A stretch of 54,602 nucleotides of DNA from an uncultured Candidatus Bathyarchaeia archaeon (GTDB taxonomy: Archaea; Thermoproteota; Bathyarchaeia; Bathyarchaeales; Bathyarchaeaceae), in contig CAYFXU010000001.1 of the NCBI GenBank assembly GCA_964347145.1, positions 1-54,602 on the forward strand, in the 5' to 3' direction. This document shows, in pieces, positions 10,144 through 19,574 of the stretch. The notes beneath the pieces are model-generated. The model ran no database searches. It was not told the DNA's origin and saw only the letters and a program-made list of their open reading frames with translations. The translations under genes were made by a program, and so were the position numbers. The stretch's first letter is position 1. Each line of letters opens with the position of its first letter.

Positions 10144-11197
10144 ATGTTACCAATGTGGGTTATGTACTGGAATTTGCCCAAAAAGGCGGATTTCCACTTA
10201 TTCACCTCGCTTCAGGATTAACAAGTTTTTGCTGCAGAATGAGAGAAAGGTCTCGTGGGAATGTCTTACCTGCGGACTGTGTTCACAGTATTGCCCACAA
10301 GAAGTTGACTATCTCGACTTCGTTCGAGACCTGAGGAAGCAAGAAGTTGATGAAGAGGCGATTGCTCATGAATCAATCTTTTCTTTGATCTGTGAAATCA
10401 TGGCTAAATACCCCGCTGCTCAAGGGGTGCCTACGGACTTCAAAGGCGAGACAGATCAAAACAGTGACGTTGCATATTTCCCGGGCTGTCTCGACTTTTT
10501 TGACTGTTTCTTGGATGTGGGCGTAGATTTTCATGAGATTGGCGAGTCAAGCGTAAGGCTGCTGAATCGGATCGGCATCAAACCCAGAATTCTTTCCCTA
10601 AAATGTTGTGGACACGACGCACTTTGGCAGGGCTCCAGCGCTACCTTCAACGTCCTGAGGAAGTATAACGAAAACAAAATGAAGAACAGTGGCATCAAAA
10701 CTCTCGTCACTTCTTGTGCAGAATGTTTTAGAACATTTTCGAAAGATTACGAACTTGATATAGAGGTAATGCACATCTCCCAAATACTTGAGAAGAATAG
10801 GGATAAATTGGGTATTGAAACTAATGGCACTATAGTTACGTATCACGATCCGTGTAGACTTGGCAGACACATGGATGTATACGATGCGCCAAGAAACGTG
10901 CTGTCGAATGTGAAAGGCCTCACACTTAAAGAGCTTGATTATGCGAGGGAAGATGCCCAATGCTGTGGCGTATCTGCATGGGTTTCATGCAACCAAGAGG
11001 CCAAGTTTCTAGTGGTGGAAAAACTGGAAAGAGCGATGGATACAAATTCAAAAATCCTGGTCACGGCATGCCCTAAGTGTTGTGCACATTTGAATTGTGT
11101 AAAGAATGAGAAGCCGCCGATGAAAGATTTTAGAGTGGATGTTGAAGATCTAACGGTTTTCTTGTCAAAATTGATTGACAAAGGTGAGCACAGATGA
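10127..11197 (+). CDS. HdrD/GlpC-like fusion of an HdrC-type ferredoxin and an HdrB-type CCG domain
   Basis: CYQCGLCTGICP and CLTCGLCSQYCP are followed by CCG motifs (KCCGHD, QCCGVS). Confidence 0.85.
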   Translation: MLLVNKCYQCGLCTGICPKRRISTYSPRFRINKFLLQNERKVSWECLTCGLCSQYCPQEVDYLDFVRDLRKQEVDEEAIAHESIFSLICEIMAKYPAAQGVPTDFKGETDQNSDVAYFPGCLDFFDCFLDVGVDFHEIGESSVRLLNRIGIKPRILSLKCCGHDALWQGSSATFNVLRKYNENKMKNSGIKTLVTSCAECFRTFSKDYELDIEVMHISQILEKNRDKLGIETNGTIVTYHDPCRLGRHMDVYDAPRNVLSNVKGLTLKELDYAREDAQCCGVSAWVSCNQEAKFLVVEKLERAMDTNSKILVTACPKCCAHLNCVKNEKPPMKDFRVDVEDLTVFLSKLIDKGEHR

Positions 11198-11631
11198 CTG
11201 TGAGCGAATTTGAACCGAGAATTGTGGTCTTCGCGTGTAATTGGTGTTCTTACGCGGGAGCGGATTTAGCGGGAGTTAGTAGAATTCAATATCCTCCGAC
11301 GGTAAGGATAATACGGGTGATGTGCTCAAGTAGAGTTGATCCAGCCTTCATTTTGAAGGCTTTTCTCAGAGGGGCAGACGGAGTTCTAGTTGCGGGCTGC
11401 CATCTTGGTGACTGCCATTATATTGAGGGCAACTACAATACCGAAAAGAGGATAAAGGAAACGATGAAAGCCCTAGCATACGTGGGGTTTGAAATCAAAA
11501 GACTGAGATTGGAATGGATATCTGCTTCTGAAGGACCGAAGTTTGCGAGCGTAATCAGAGAATTCACAGTCGAGGTGAAAGAGTTGGGACCTAACCCTAT
11601 GCGGATAAAGGGAGATAATATGAATGGGTAG
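11194..11631 (+). CDS. mvhD: MvhD-type (methyl-viologen-reducing hydrogenase delta) [2Fe-2S] subunit
   Basis: FACNWCSYAGADLAG ... RVMCSSRVD ... GADGVLVAGCHLGDCHY. Confidence 0.9.
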   Translation: MTVSEFEPRIVVFACNWCSYAGADLAGVSRIQYPPTVRIIRVMCSSRVDPAFILKAFLRGADGVLVAGCHLGDCHYIEGNYNTEKRIKETMKALAYVGFEIKRLRLEWISASEGPKFASVIREFTVEVKELGPNPMRIKGDNMNG

Positions 11632-12646
11632 CGTATTGGTGGTTGGTTCTGGGGTTGCCGGTATCCAAGCTTCACTTGACCTCGCAGATTTTGGTTACCG
11701 TGTTTTTCTGGTCGAGAGAGAGCACGAACTTGGAGGAAACCTTAGGAACCTGAGTGACCTCTTCTCGACGGGTGAGAAATCATCTGATTTGCTTTCGAGT
11801 CTCCTAGGCAAGATTGAGAAAAAGAAGAACATAATGGTCATGAAAAACTCTGAAGTTTTAGATATTACGGGAGAATTTCCAGAATTCGAAGTTAAAGTGA
11901 AGAGTTCAAATGAAGAAAATAATTTCATTGTGAATGCTATAATCTTAGCCACTGGATTCAAGCCCTATGATCCCTCACCCCTAAAGCAGTATGGGTATGG
12001 CGAATACCGCGATGTGATAACCTCTTTGGAGCTAGAAGAAATGCTCAAGAAGGGAAGACTTGCGAGACCTTCAGATTCGATGAAACCAAATCGCATATCC
12101 ATAATCCAGTGTGTCGGCTCGAGGGATAGCAACACAAATGCATACTGCTCCTCTTTTTGTTGCATGTATGCCATCAAGTTCGCACAGCAAATCAAGAAAA
12201 TGCATCCAGACGCTGTGATAACCATATTGTATATGGATATAAGAACTCCCTATGAAAGCGAGTTTGACTTTAGTAATGCTAGATTGTTGGGCATTCGGTT
12301 TCTAAGAGGAAGACCCGCCAGAGTTAGGAAAGGAATAGATTCTCTTGTGGTTCAGGTCGAAGATACATTGGAGAATGATTTGGTCTTCCTCGAATCTGAC
12401 ATTGTGGTGCTATCTATAGGGGGAGTTCCTGATCCAGCGACTGCTTTTTTCAAGGACAAGTTAAATCTTGAGTTATCAGATTCAGGCTTTTTCCATGTAG
12501 TGGAAAGACCGGTTAGCACGAACGTAAAAGCTGTTTTTGTTGCCGGTGCCGCAAGCGGGCCAAAAGACATCGCGTACTCGATGGCGCAGGGTAGCTGTGC
12601 AGCCGCTAAGGTTGACATAATAATGAAATCCCCAGAGATCACGTAA
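11624..12646 (+). CDS. hdrA: Second short HdrA-like FAD/[4Fe-4S] flavoprotein
   Basis: VLVVGSGVAGIQASLDLA; QCVGSRD...YCSSFCC; GAASGPKDI. DLFSTGEKSSDL replaces the TFPTNDC motif. Paralog of 9115..10143. Confidence 0.85.
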   Translation: MGSVLVVGSGVAGIQASLDLADFGYRVFLVEREHELGGNLRNLSDLFSTGEKSSDLLSSLLGKIEKKKNIMVMKNSEVLDITGEFPEFEVKVKSSNEENNFIVNAIILATGFKPYDPSPLKQYGYGEYRDVITSLELEEMLKKGRLARPSDSMKPNRISIIQCVGSRDSNTNAYCSSFCCMYAIKFAQQIKKMHPDAVITILYMDIRTPYESEFDFSNARLLGIRFLRGRPARVRKGIDSLVVQVEDTLENDLVFLESDIVVLSIGGVPDPATAFFKDKLNLELSDSGFFHVVERPVSTNVKAVFVAGAASGPKDIAYSMAQGSCAAAKVDIIMKSPEIT

Positions 12647-12665
12647 ACCTGATTTGGGATACTGC

Positions 12666-15600
12666 CTATACAAGCGTTTTTGATTCTACCACGATTGGTG
12701 TACTGAGTAAGTCCTTTGGCTCTTGAGGTTTTGTTATGGCCGCTTCAAGGCTTGCCTCAATTTGCTGTTTTGAAAAGTGTTGATGAGTTATTGCTCCGAC
12801 GGGGCATGCTACGGCACATGATCCACAACCCTTGCACGTAATGGGGTTTATATAGGCCTTCCTTGTTTGAAACTTAACCTTCTCTAGGATCATTTCCTCT
12901 GGCTGAAGTTCTATTGCTTTAAAAGGGCATACTTCGACACAAGTACCACAGCCCTTACATTTTTCTTCGTTAACCACGCTTATGGCGCCTTCAGATTCTA
13001 TGTGATCCTTCGATAATATCGTGCAGGCATGTGAAGCTGCTGCGCTCGCTTGAGCTATGCTCTCATATATCATCTTTGGCGAATGGGCGGTTCCGCAAAC
13101 GAATACTCCGTCGGTTGCAAAGTCAACAGGCCTAAGTTTCACGTGAGCCTCCAAAAAGAAGCCGTTAGCATCGAGAGGAACCTTGAACATCTTGCTTAGT
13201 TTTTCATAATCATCTCCCGGAACTATTGCGCTACTTAGAACTATGAGGTCTGGCCTCAATCTGAGATTCAGATTGAACATCGGATCGTACATTTCGACTG
13301 TCAGATTTTTTGGATTGACTGATGGTTTGTTTTCATTTGTGTACCTCAGGAAGACCACTCCGAGGTCTCTCGCTTCTCTATACAATGCTTCCCACAGTCC
13401 ATATGCGCGTATGTCCCGGTAGAGTATGTAGACTTCCGTATCTGGGTTTAACTTCTTAATTCTGATAGCGTTCTTTATTGCTTCTGTACAACAAACTCTG
13501 GAACAGTATGCTCTGTTTTCGTCCCTAGAACCCACACATTGGATCATGACGACAGTCTTTACACCCTTCTTTTCATCCCACATCCATTTTCCAGTTATCA
13601 TGGGCTCCAATATTTTTTGAGTAATAATTTTGTTACTCTTTCCAAAGTGGAAGAGGCCTTTGGGTTCTAGCATCTCCGCCCCAACTGCAATTACGGCGGC
13701 TCCAAAATTTGCTTCTGAAACTTTTCCTTCTGTGTTGATTTTGGCCCTAAAGTTTCCGACAAAACCGTTGACTTCGATGACTTCTGAATTCTTGAATACT
13801 GTGATTTTCGGGTTGTTTTCAACCTTATCTATTATCTCTTCCAGGATTTCGATTGTCTTACTCCCATCTTGTATCTCTTCTATGCTTCGCATAAATCCGC
13901 CAAGTCGATCTCGCTTTTCTACAAGATAGACTTCAAAGCCCTGATCTGCAATGTCCAAGCTCGCTGTCATCCCTGAAATGCCGCCACCGATTACGAGAGC
14001 GTTCTTCTTTACAGGAATTAACTCAGTTTGAAGAGGCTGTAGAAATCTGGCCCTTGCGACAGCCATTCTGAGAAGGTCCTTTGCTTTTTCTGTCGCACCC
14101 TTCTTGTCTCTCATGTGAACCCATGAACATTGCTCCCTGATGTTGCAGAATTCAAAAAGGTATTGGTTCAAACTGGCTTCTCTGCAGGTGTTTCTGAATA
14201 TAGATTCATGAGTTCTCGGCGTGCAGGACGCTACTATGACTCTGTTCAGATCTTTCTCTTTAATGACTTCCTTTATTTTTTGTTGAGTGTCCTGAGAACA
14301 CGTATACAGATTTCTCTCGGCATGAACCACATACGGTAATCCTTTCACGTATTCGACCACTTGGGGAACATCTACAATTCCTCCGATGTTTATGCCGCAG
14401 TGACAGATAAAGACGCCAATTCTAGGTTCTTCTCGAATAGATTTCTCTTTTGGATACTCCTTCTTTGTAATGAGCTGATTCCTCACAGACGATAGAAGCA
14501 CACCTGCCTTTGCTGCTGCTGCGCTCGCCTGTGCTACTGAGTCAGGAATATCCTTGGGTCCTTGAGATGCCCCACAAACATATATTCCTTGAAGGTTAGT
14601 TTCTACGGGACTTGTTAGTTTGGTGTTAACGTATCCGAAATCGTTTAGTTTCAGGTCTATAATTTCCTTAAGCGAGAGCAAAGTGCTGGGTGGTGTTAAT
14701 CCTACAGAGAGGACGACCAGATCTAGGTCCATGCTCTTAAGTTCGTTGGTGACAGGGTCCTCGTAAAAAACTGTTAGGCCCCCTTTGTCTTTGTTGGGAG
14801 ACACTGCTGGAACCTCGCATCTTATGTATTTGATTCCATACTCTGTTGTTGCTCTCTCAGTGAATTCTTCGAATCCTTTTCCAAAAGCGCGCAAGTCTAT
14901 GTAGAAGATTGTTATATCTAGTTCTGGGTCGTGTTCTTTTGCGACTATGGCCTCTTTTGTGGCGTACATGCAGCAGACGGCGGAACACAGTTCCCTACCT
15001 ATGCTGGGGTTCCTCGATCCAACACACTGAATAAACCCGATTTTTCTAGGTCTTCTTCCGTCTGAAGGACGAAGGACAACACCTCCGTAGGGGCCACTGG
15101 CACTTAGAATTCTTTCAAACTCGGCACTTGTGATCACGTTTTGGTAGCGGTATCCATATTCTTTCATGGTCAATGGGTCAAAAAGTTCTGCACCAGTAGC
15201 AAGAATGACTGCTCCAACATTTAGTTCGGTTGGACTGGTCTTCTGGTTGTAGTCTATCGCTTTTCTCTTGCAATTCTTCTCACAAAGTCCGCATCCGATA
15301 CATGCGTTTCTATCGATGGAGTAAACCAGAGGAACTGCTTGGGGGTACATCACCGAGATAGCGCTCTTTTTGTTGAGGTTTCTGTTGAAAGCATCGAGAG
15401 CCCTAACTGGGCACGCTCTTGCGCAGTCTCCACAGCCATTACATTTTTCCGGGTCGACATATCTCGGTTTTTTCAGCAGTTTTACCTTAAAATCTCCTGC
15501 AATGCCACTGAAATCAACGATTTCAGCGTTACCTATTATTTCTATGTTCGGGTGTCTGTATGTGTTAACAAGTTTTGGGGACAAGATGCACATGGCACAG

Positions 15601-15755
15601 TCGTTTGTTGGAAATGTCTTGTCCAGTTGAGGCATTGTTCCTCCTATACTCGGGTTTTTGTCGATAAGGTAAACTTTGAAACCTGAGTCTGCGAGGTCCA
15701 AGGATGCTTGAATCCCGGCTATTCCCCCACCAACGACAAGAACAGAACCTTTCAT
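12666..15755 (-). CDS. hdrA: Double-module HdrA (TrxR-like module with inserted ferredoxin + HdrA N-domain + second TrxR-like module + C-terminal ferredoxin)
   Basis: 1029 aa. Two Rossmann motifs (VVGGGIAGIQASLD; VIGGGISGMTASLD), TFPTNDCAMCIL, two CVGSR...CC motifs, N-domain motif VFICHCGINIGG...CSWVH located mid-protein, and four CxxCxxCxxxCP-type motifs. Confidence 0.9.
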   Translation of the reverse strand: MKGSVLVVGGGIAGIQASLDLADSGFKVYLIDKNPSIGGTMPQLDKTFPTNDCAMCILSPKLVNTYRHPNIEIIGNAEIVDFSGIAGDFKVKLLKKPRYVDPEKCNGCGDCARACPVRALDAFNRNLNKKSAISVMYPQAVPLVYSIDRNACIGCGLCEKNCKRKAIDYNQKTSPTELNVGAVILATGAELFDPLTMKEYGYRYQNVITSAEFERILSASGPYGGVVLRPSDGRRPRKIGFIQCVGSRNPSIGRELCSAVCCMYATKEAIVAKEHDPELDITIFYIDLRAFGKGFEEFTERATTEYGIKYIRCEVPAVSPNKDKGGLTVFYEDPVTNELKSMDLDLVVLSVGLTPPSTLLSLKEIIDLKLNDFGYVNTKLTSPVETNLQGIYVCGASQGPKDIPDSVAQASAAAAKAGVLLSSVRNQLITKKEYPKEKSIREEPRIGVFICHCGINIGGIVDVPQVVEYVKGLPYVVHAERNLYTCSQDTQQKIKEVIKEKDLNRVIVASCTPRTHESIFRNTCREASLNQYLFEFCNIREQCSWVHMRDKKGATEKAKDLLRMAVARARFLQPLQTELIPVKKNALVIGGGISGMTASLDIADQGFEVYLVEKRDRLGGFMRSIEEIQDGSKTIEILEEIIDKVENNPKITVFKNSEVIEVNGFVGNFRAKINTEGKVSEANFGAAVIAVGAEMLEPKGLFHFGKSNKIITQKILEPMITGKWMWDEKKGVKTVVMIQCVGSRDENRAYCSRVCCTEAIKNAIRIKKLNPDTEVYILYRDIRAYGLWEALYREARDLGVVFLRYTNENKPSVNPKNLTVEMYDPMFNLNLRLRPDLIVLSSAIVPGDDYEKLSKMFKVPLDANGFFLEAHVKLRPVDFATDGVFVCGTAHSPKMIYESIAQASAAASHACTILSKDHIESEGAISVVNEEKCKGCGTCVEVCPFKAIELQPEEMILEKVKFQTRKAYINPITCKGCGSCAVACPVGAITHQHFSKQQIEASLEAAITKPQEPKDLLSTPIVVESKTLV
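13084..13133. repeat. 50-nt tract identical to 16878..16927 (paralog gene-conversion candidate)
   Basis: Base-by-base comparison shows tgggcggttccgcaaacgaatactccgtcggttgcaaagtcaacaggcct in both hdrA giants. The flanking bases differ. Confidence 0.9.
14916..14993. repeat. 78-nt tract identical to 18695..18772 (paralog gene-conversion candidate)
   Basis: Base-by-base comparison: the tract runs from atctagttctgggtcg to ggaacacagttc and is identical in both hdrA giants, including all synonymous sites. The immediately flanking bases differ. Confidence 0.9.
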
Positions 15756-15764
15756 GTCAATAAT

Positions 15765-16550
15765 TCACCCTATTAGTTGAAAAATGGGATAATCATCCTT
15801 GAAGCCAACTATATTGACGGATCCTTCATTTTTCAGTTGCATCAAGCAGTCGAAGACTTCTTTTCCTTCAATTCCGAGTTTTTCTGAGAGATCGGCAACT
15901 GAAAGCGGCGTATCCTTGATCAAGCTCAGAACTAGAGATTTCAGATATTTTGTTTCGACAACCTCCCCGACTATCCTTGTCAAGTGATCTGGATCGAGTT
16001 TCTCGCCATACACATTTCCTTCATCTCGGAGTACTTTCTCTTTACCTATCATCCACCTCACCGTGAAGTCTAGAAACTCGTTTTCAGCAGCAACTATCTT
16101 ATCCATGGTGGGAACACCGTCTATGATTTCCTTGGAAATAGGCCCGAGTTTCTTCAGTTCCTCAGTGAACTCGGTGATAGTGTCCGCAAAAAGCTTTCCT
16201 TCTGATGCAGAAATCCATTTGTATTCAAATCGTTGTACAGGAATCTTGCTTCTTTCAATAACCCTCGCGACATGTTTCATCTTCTGCTGCGCCTCCATGT
16301 TACCCGTTATATAGTGACAATCCCCGGGATGACACCCAGCCACCAAGACACCATCGGCTCCTTCGCGAAAGGCCTCAAAAATTAGGAATGGGTCAACCCT
16401 TCCGCTGCACATAACCTTGATTATCCTTATGCTCGTTGGATACTGATACCTCGAGACCCCGGCAAAGTCCGCTCCTGCGTAAGAACACCAGTTACATAAG
16501 AATGCAATTATCAATGGTTCAAAATCTTTTTCATCACTCTCTTCTTTCAT
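15765..16550 (-). CDS. mvhD: MvhD-type subunit with about 120-aa C-terminal extension ending in a winged-helix-like segment
   Basis: FLCNWCSYAGADFAG ... KVMCSGRVD ... GADGVLVAGCHPGDCHY, followed by the extension ...PLSVADLSEKLGIEGKEVFDCLMQLKNEGSV. Confidence 0.9.
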   Translation of the reverse strand: MKEESDEKDFEPLIIAFLCNWCSYAGADFAGVSRYQYPTSIRIIKVMCSGRVDPFLIFEAFREGADGVLVAGCHPGDCHYITGNMEAQQKMKHVARVIERSKIPVQRFEYKWISASEGKLFADTITEFTEELKKLGPISKEIIDGVPTMDKIVAAENEFLDFTVRWMIGKEKVLRDEGNVYGEKLDPDHLTRIVGEVVETKYLKSLVLSLIKDTPLSVADLSEKLGIEGKEVFDCLMQLKNEGSVNIVGFKDDYPIFQLIG

Positions 16551-19500
16551 GAGACCACCTTTGCCGCCCTGATCTGTGATATGATTTGTTGGTCAGTGAA
16601 ATGTGTTACACTGATGGCTTTTTCGGGGCATGACGCGGCACAAACACCGCATCCTTTGCATGCTGCCAAAATGACTTCTGCTTTTCCATCTTCACCAATT
16701 TCGACAGCATTAAATGGGCACAAGAATACGCAAAGTTCACAGCCTACGCATTTTTCTTTATCAGTTACGCGACTTATGATCACTTCACTTTCGATATAAT
16801 CCTTTGAGAGAATTGTTGTAGCTCTTGACGCCGCTGCACTCGCCTGCGCTATGCTCTCGTATATCATCTTTGGATAGTGGGCGGTTCCGCAAACGAATAC
16901 TCCGTCGGTTGCAAAGTCAACAGGCCTGAGCTTCACGTGAGCCTCCAAGAAGAAGCCGTTGGGATCCAAAGGTACCTTAAATAGCCTGCTGATTTTTTCG
17001 TAATCCTTGCGTGGAGTAATTGCACTGCTCAGCACCACGTAATCGGGGTGGAGCACCAACTTTTCCTGCAAAAGCAGCTCATCAACTATGACGGATAGGT
17101 TTTCAGGGTCTACAACTGGTCTATGTTCATCTGTATACCTAACAAAAACTACGCCCATGCTTCTTGCTGTGTTGTAGATGGTCTCCCAGATTCCATAGGC
17201 CCTAACATCTTTGTACAGTATGTACACGTCCGTTTCTGGGCTCATCTTCTTAATGTTTATCGCATTCTTTATCGCTTCACTGCAACACACTCTGGAACAG
17301 TAGGTTCTGCCTTCACTTTCCCTGGAACCAACGCACTGGATCATGACAACGGTCTTTGCGTTGAAACCTTTCTCAAGCATCTGCTCCAAGTCTTTTTGAG
17401 TGATTATACTCCCGTTTTCTCCATAATTGTAGTATCCCGTAGGTTGAAGTACATCGGCTCCGACAGCAATAATGGCGGTTCCGAATTCGATTTCTTTAGA
17501 GCCTTTAGGAGTGGTTATTGAGGCCTTGAAGTTCCCAACATGACCGGCTACTGCCTCCACTTCTGATTCAAAAAACATTTTTATGCGCGGATGGTTCTTC
17601 ACTTTTTGAATACTTTCTCTAAGGATCTCAAATGTCTTGGTTCCATCTTGGATTTGCCATATGTTCTTGACGAACCCTCCCAGTGCCGCACTCTTTTCAA
17701 CCAGGTAAACCTCGAACCCTTGATTCGCTATGTCTAGGCTTGCAGTCATTCCAGATATGCCTCCGCCCAACACCAACGCCTTCTGAGTAACAGGGATCAT
17801 TCGTCTTTGGAGGGGCCTCAACAGTCTTGCCTTGGCAACCGCCATCTCTATTAGATTTTGAGCCTTCTCTGTAGCCCTCTCCTTTTGATTCATGTGTACC
17901 CAAGAGCACTGTTCGCGGATGTTACAGAACTCGAAAAGATATGGGTTTAAACCGGCTTCCTTCACTGTGTTTTGGAAGAGAGGTTCATGAGTTCTGGGAG
18001 TGCACGATGCAACTACGATTCTGTTCAATTCCTTTTGTTCTATGACTTCCTTTATTCTTTCCAGTGTATCTTGTGAGCACGTGTAGAGGTTTTCTTCACA
18101 ATGAATAACGTTCTGCAGTGTGCTAACGTATCTAACCACTTCGGGCACATTTACAACTCCTCCAATGTTAATGCCGCAGTTACAAACAAAGACGCCTATC
18201 TTGGGCTCTTCCTTTATCTGGCGTTCTTTTGGAAATTCCTTTTCGGTGGTTAACCTGTTTCTAGCTGATGGAAACAGAGCCTTTGCCTTTGCAGCAGCTC
18301 CACATGCTTGAGCTACACAATCCGGTATATCTTTCGGACCTTGAGCTGTCCCACAAACATATACGCCTTCGATGTTGGTCTCCATTGGCTTGTCAAGCCT
18401 TGTTTTTACATAACCGTATTGATTCAATTCTAGGTCCAACATCTCGGCAAGCTTTTTGAGCGATTTTGGAGGCCTTAGCCCGACTGACAGGACCACGAGA
18501 TCGAGGTCTACGGTCTTGAATTCGTTGTCTTTGGGATCTTCATAGTAGATCTTGAGCAGATCACTGTTTATGTGTCCTTTCACCTCAACATCTTTACATC
18601 TGACGTACTTGATATTGTATTCATCCTCAGCTCTTTTTGTAAACTCTTCAAACCCTTTCCCATAAGCCCTCAGGTCTATGAAAAATATGTACACATCTAG
18701 TTCTGGGTCGTGTTCTTTTGCGACTATGGCCTCTTTTGTGGCGTACATGCAGCAGACGGCGGAACACAGTTCTCTGCCTATGCTGCGGTCTCTCGACCCA
18801 ACACATTGGATAAACCCGATCTTCTTTGGTTTTGATCCATCTGAAGGCCTGATTATTGATCCCTTTGTAGGTCCACTTGCGCTCAGAAACCTCTCAAACT
18901 CGGTTGATGTGACTACATTCTCATGCTTATAATTCAGCATGGTTTCGGGTGTTGGATCATATGCTTCTGCGCCAGTGGAAACGATTATGCTTCCAACCCT
19001 TAATCTAACTCTTTCGTCTTTTTGAGTGAAGTTCACAGCTTTGGCTTCGCACACTTTCTCACATATTTGACAAACATCTTTGGTAAAATAAAGACAATTT
19101 TCCTTGTCGATCAAGGCGACGAGTGGAACTGCTTGGGGGAAAGGAACTCTTATGCACTTTGTCAGGCCGATGTTCTCGTTCATTGCGTCTGAAATCTTTA
19201 CAGGACATTTAGAAGAACATGTCCCACATCCAGTACACCTTTCCTTGTCCACAAACCTCGTTTTCTTAAGCAATTCGATTTCAAAATCCCCTGCCTTCCC
19301 AGTAACAGAAAGCAATTCGCAGTATGTGAGTAACTCTATGTTTGGATGACGCGAAACCTCAGCCAACTTGGGAGCCAGAATGCAGATCGCACAATCGTTC
19401 GTTGGAAATGTTTTATCGAGTTGGAGCATCCTTCCCCCGATGGTGGGTCTATCCTCAACAAGGTACACCTTAAAACCTGACTCTGCGAGTTCGAGAGCTG

Positions 19501-19573
19501 CATATATTCCTGATATCCCCCCGCCGATTACAGCTACAGCACCCACAGGCTGCACGAGTGTCACCAATCTCAA
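16547..19573 (-). CDS. hdrA: Double-module HdrA, paralog of 12666..15755
   Basis: 1008 aa with the same architecture: VIGGGISGIYAALE, TFPTNDCAICIL, VFVCNCGINIGG...CSWVH, VLGGGISGMTASLD and a C-terminal CVGCELCVFLCP / CKGCGVCAASCP. TTG start; 4-nt overlap with mvhD. Confidence 0.9.
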   Translation of the reverse strand: MRLVTLVQPVGAVAVIGGGISGIYAALELAESGFKVYLVEDRPTIGGRMLQLDKTFPTNDCAICILAPKLAEVSRHPNIELLTYCELLSVTGKAGDFEIELLKKTRFVDKERCTGCGTCSSKCPVKISDAMNENIGLTKCIRVPFPQAVPLVALIDKENCLYFTKDVCQICEKVCEAKAVNFTQKDERVRLRVGSIIVSTGAEAYDPTPETMLNYKHENVVTSTEFERFLSASGPTKGSIIRPSDGSKPKKIGFIQCVGSRDRSIGRELCSAVCCMYATKEAIVAKEHDPELDVYIFFIDLRAYGKGFEEFTKRAEDEYNIKYVRCKDVEVKGHINSDLLKIYYEDPKDNEFKTVDLDLVVLSVGLRPPKSLKKLAEMLDLELNQYGYVKTRLDKPMETNIEGVYVCGTAQGPKDIPDCVAQACGAAAKAKALFPSARNRLTTEKEFPKERQIKEEPKIGVFVCNCGINIGGVVNVPEVVRYVSTLQNVIHCEENLYTCSQDTLERIKEVIEQKELNRIVVASCTPRTHEPLFQNTVKEAGLNPYLFEFCNIREQCSWVHMNQKERATEKAQNLIEMAVAKARLLRPLQRRMIPVTQKALVLGGGISGMTASLDIANQGFEVYLVEKSAALGGFVKNIWQIQDGTKTFEILRESIQKVKNHPRIKMFFESEVEAVAGHVGNFKASITTPKGSKEIEFGTAIIAVGADVLQPTGYYNYGENGSIITQKDLEQMLEKGFNAKTVVMIQCVGSRESEGRTYCSRVCCSEAIKNAINIKKMSPETDVYILYKDVRAYGIWETIYNTARSMGVVFVRYTDEHRPVVDPENLSVIVDELLLQEKLVLHPDYVVLSSAITPRKDYEKISRLFKVPLDPNGFFLEAHVKLRPVDFATDGVFVCGTAHYPKMIYESIAQASAAASRATTILSKDYIESEVIISRVTDKEKCVGCELCVFLCPFNAVEIGEDGKAEVILAACKGCGVCAASCPEKAISVTHFTDQQIISQIRAAKVVS
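16878..16927. repeat. Second copy of the 50-nt identical tract (see 13084..13133)
   Basis: Identical string by direct comparison. Confidence 0.9.
18695..18772. repeat. Second copy of the 78-nt identical tract (see 14916..14993)
   Basis: Identical string by direct comparison. Encodes ELCSAVCCMYATKEAIVAKEHDPELD in both proteins. Confidence 0.9.
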
Positions 19574-19574
19574 T

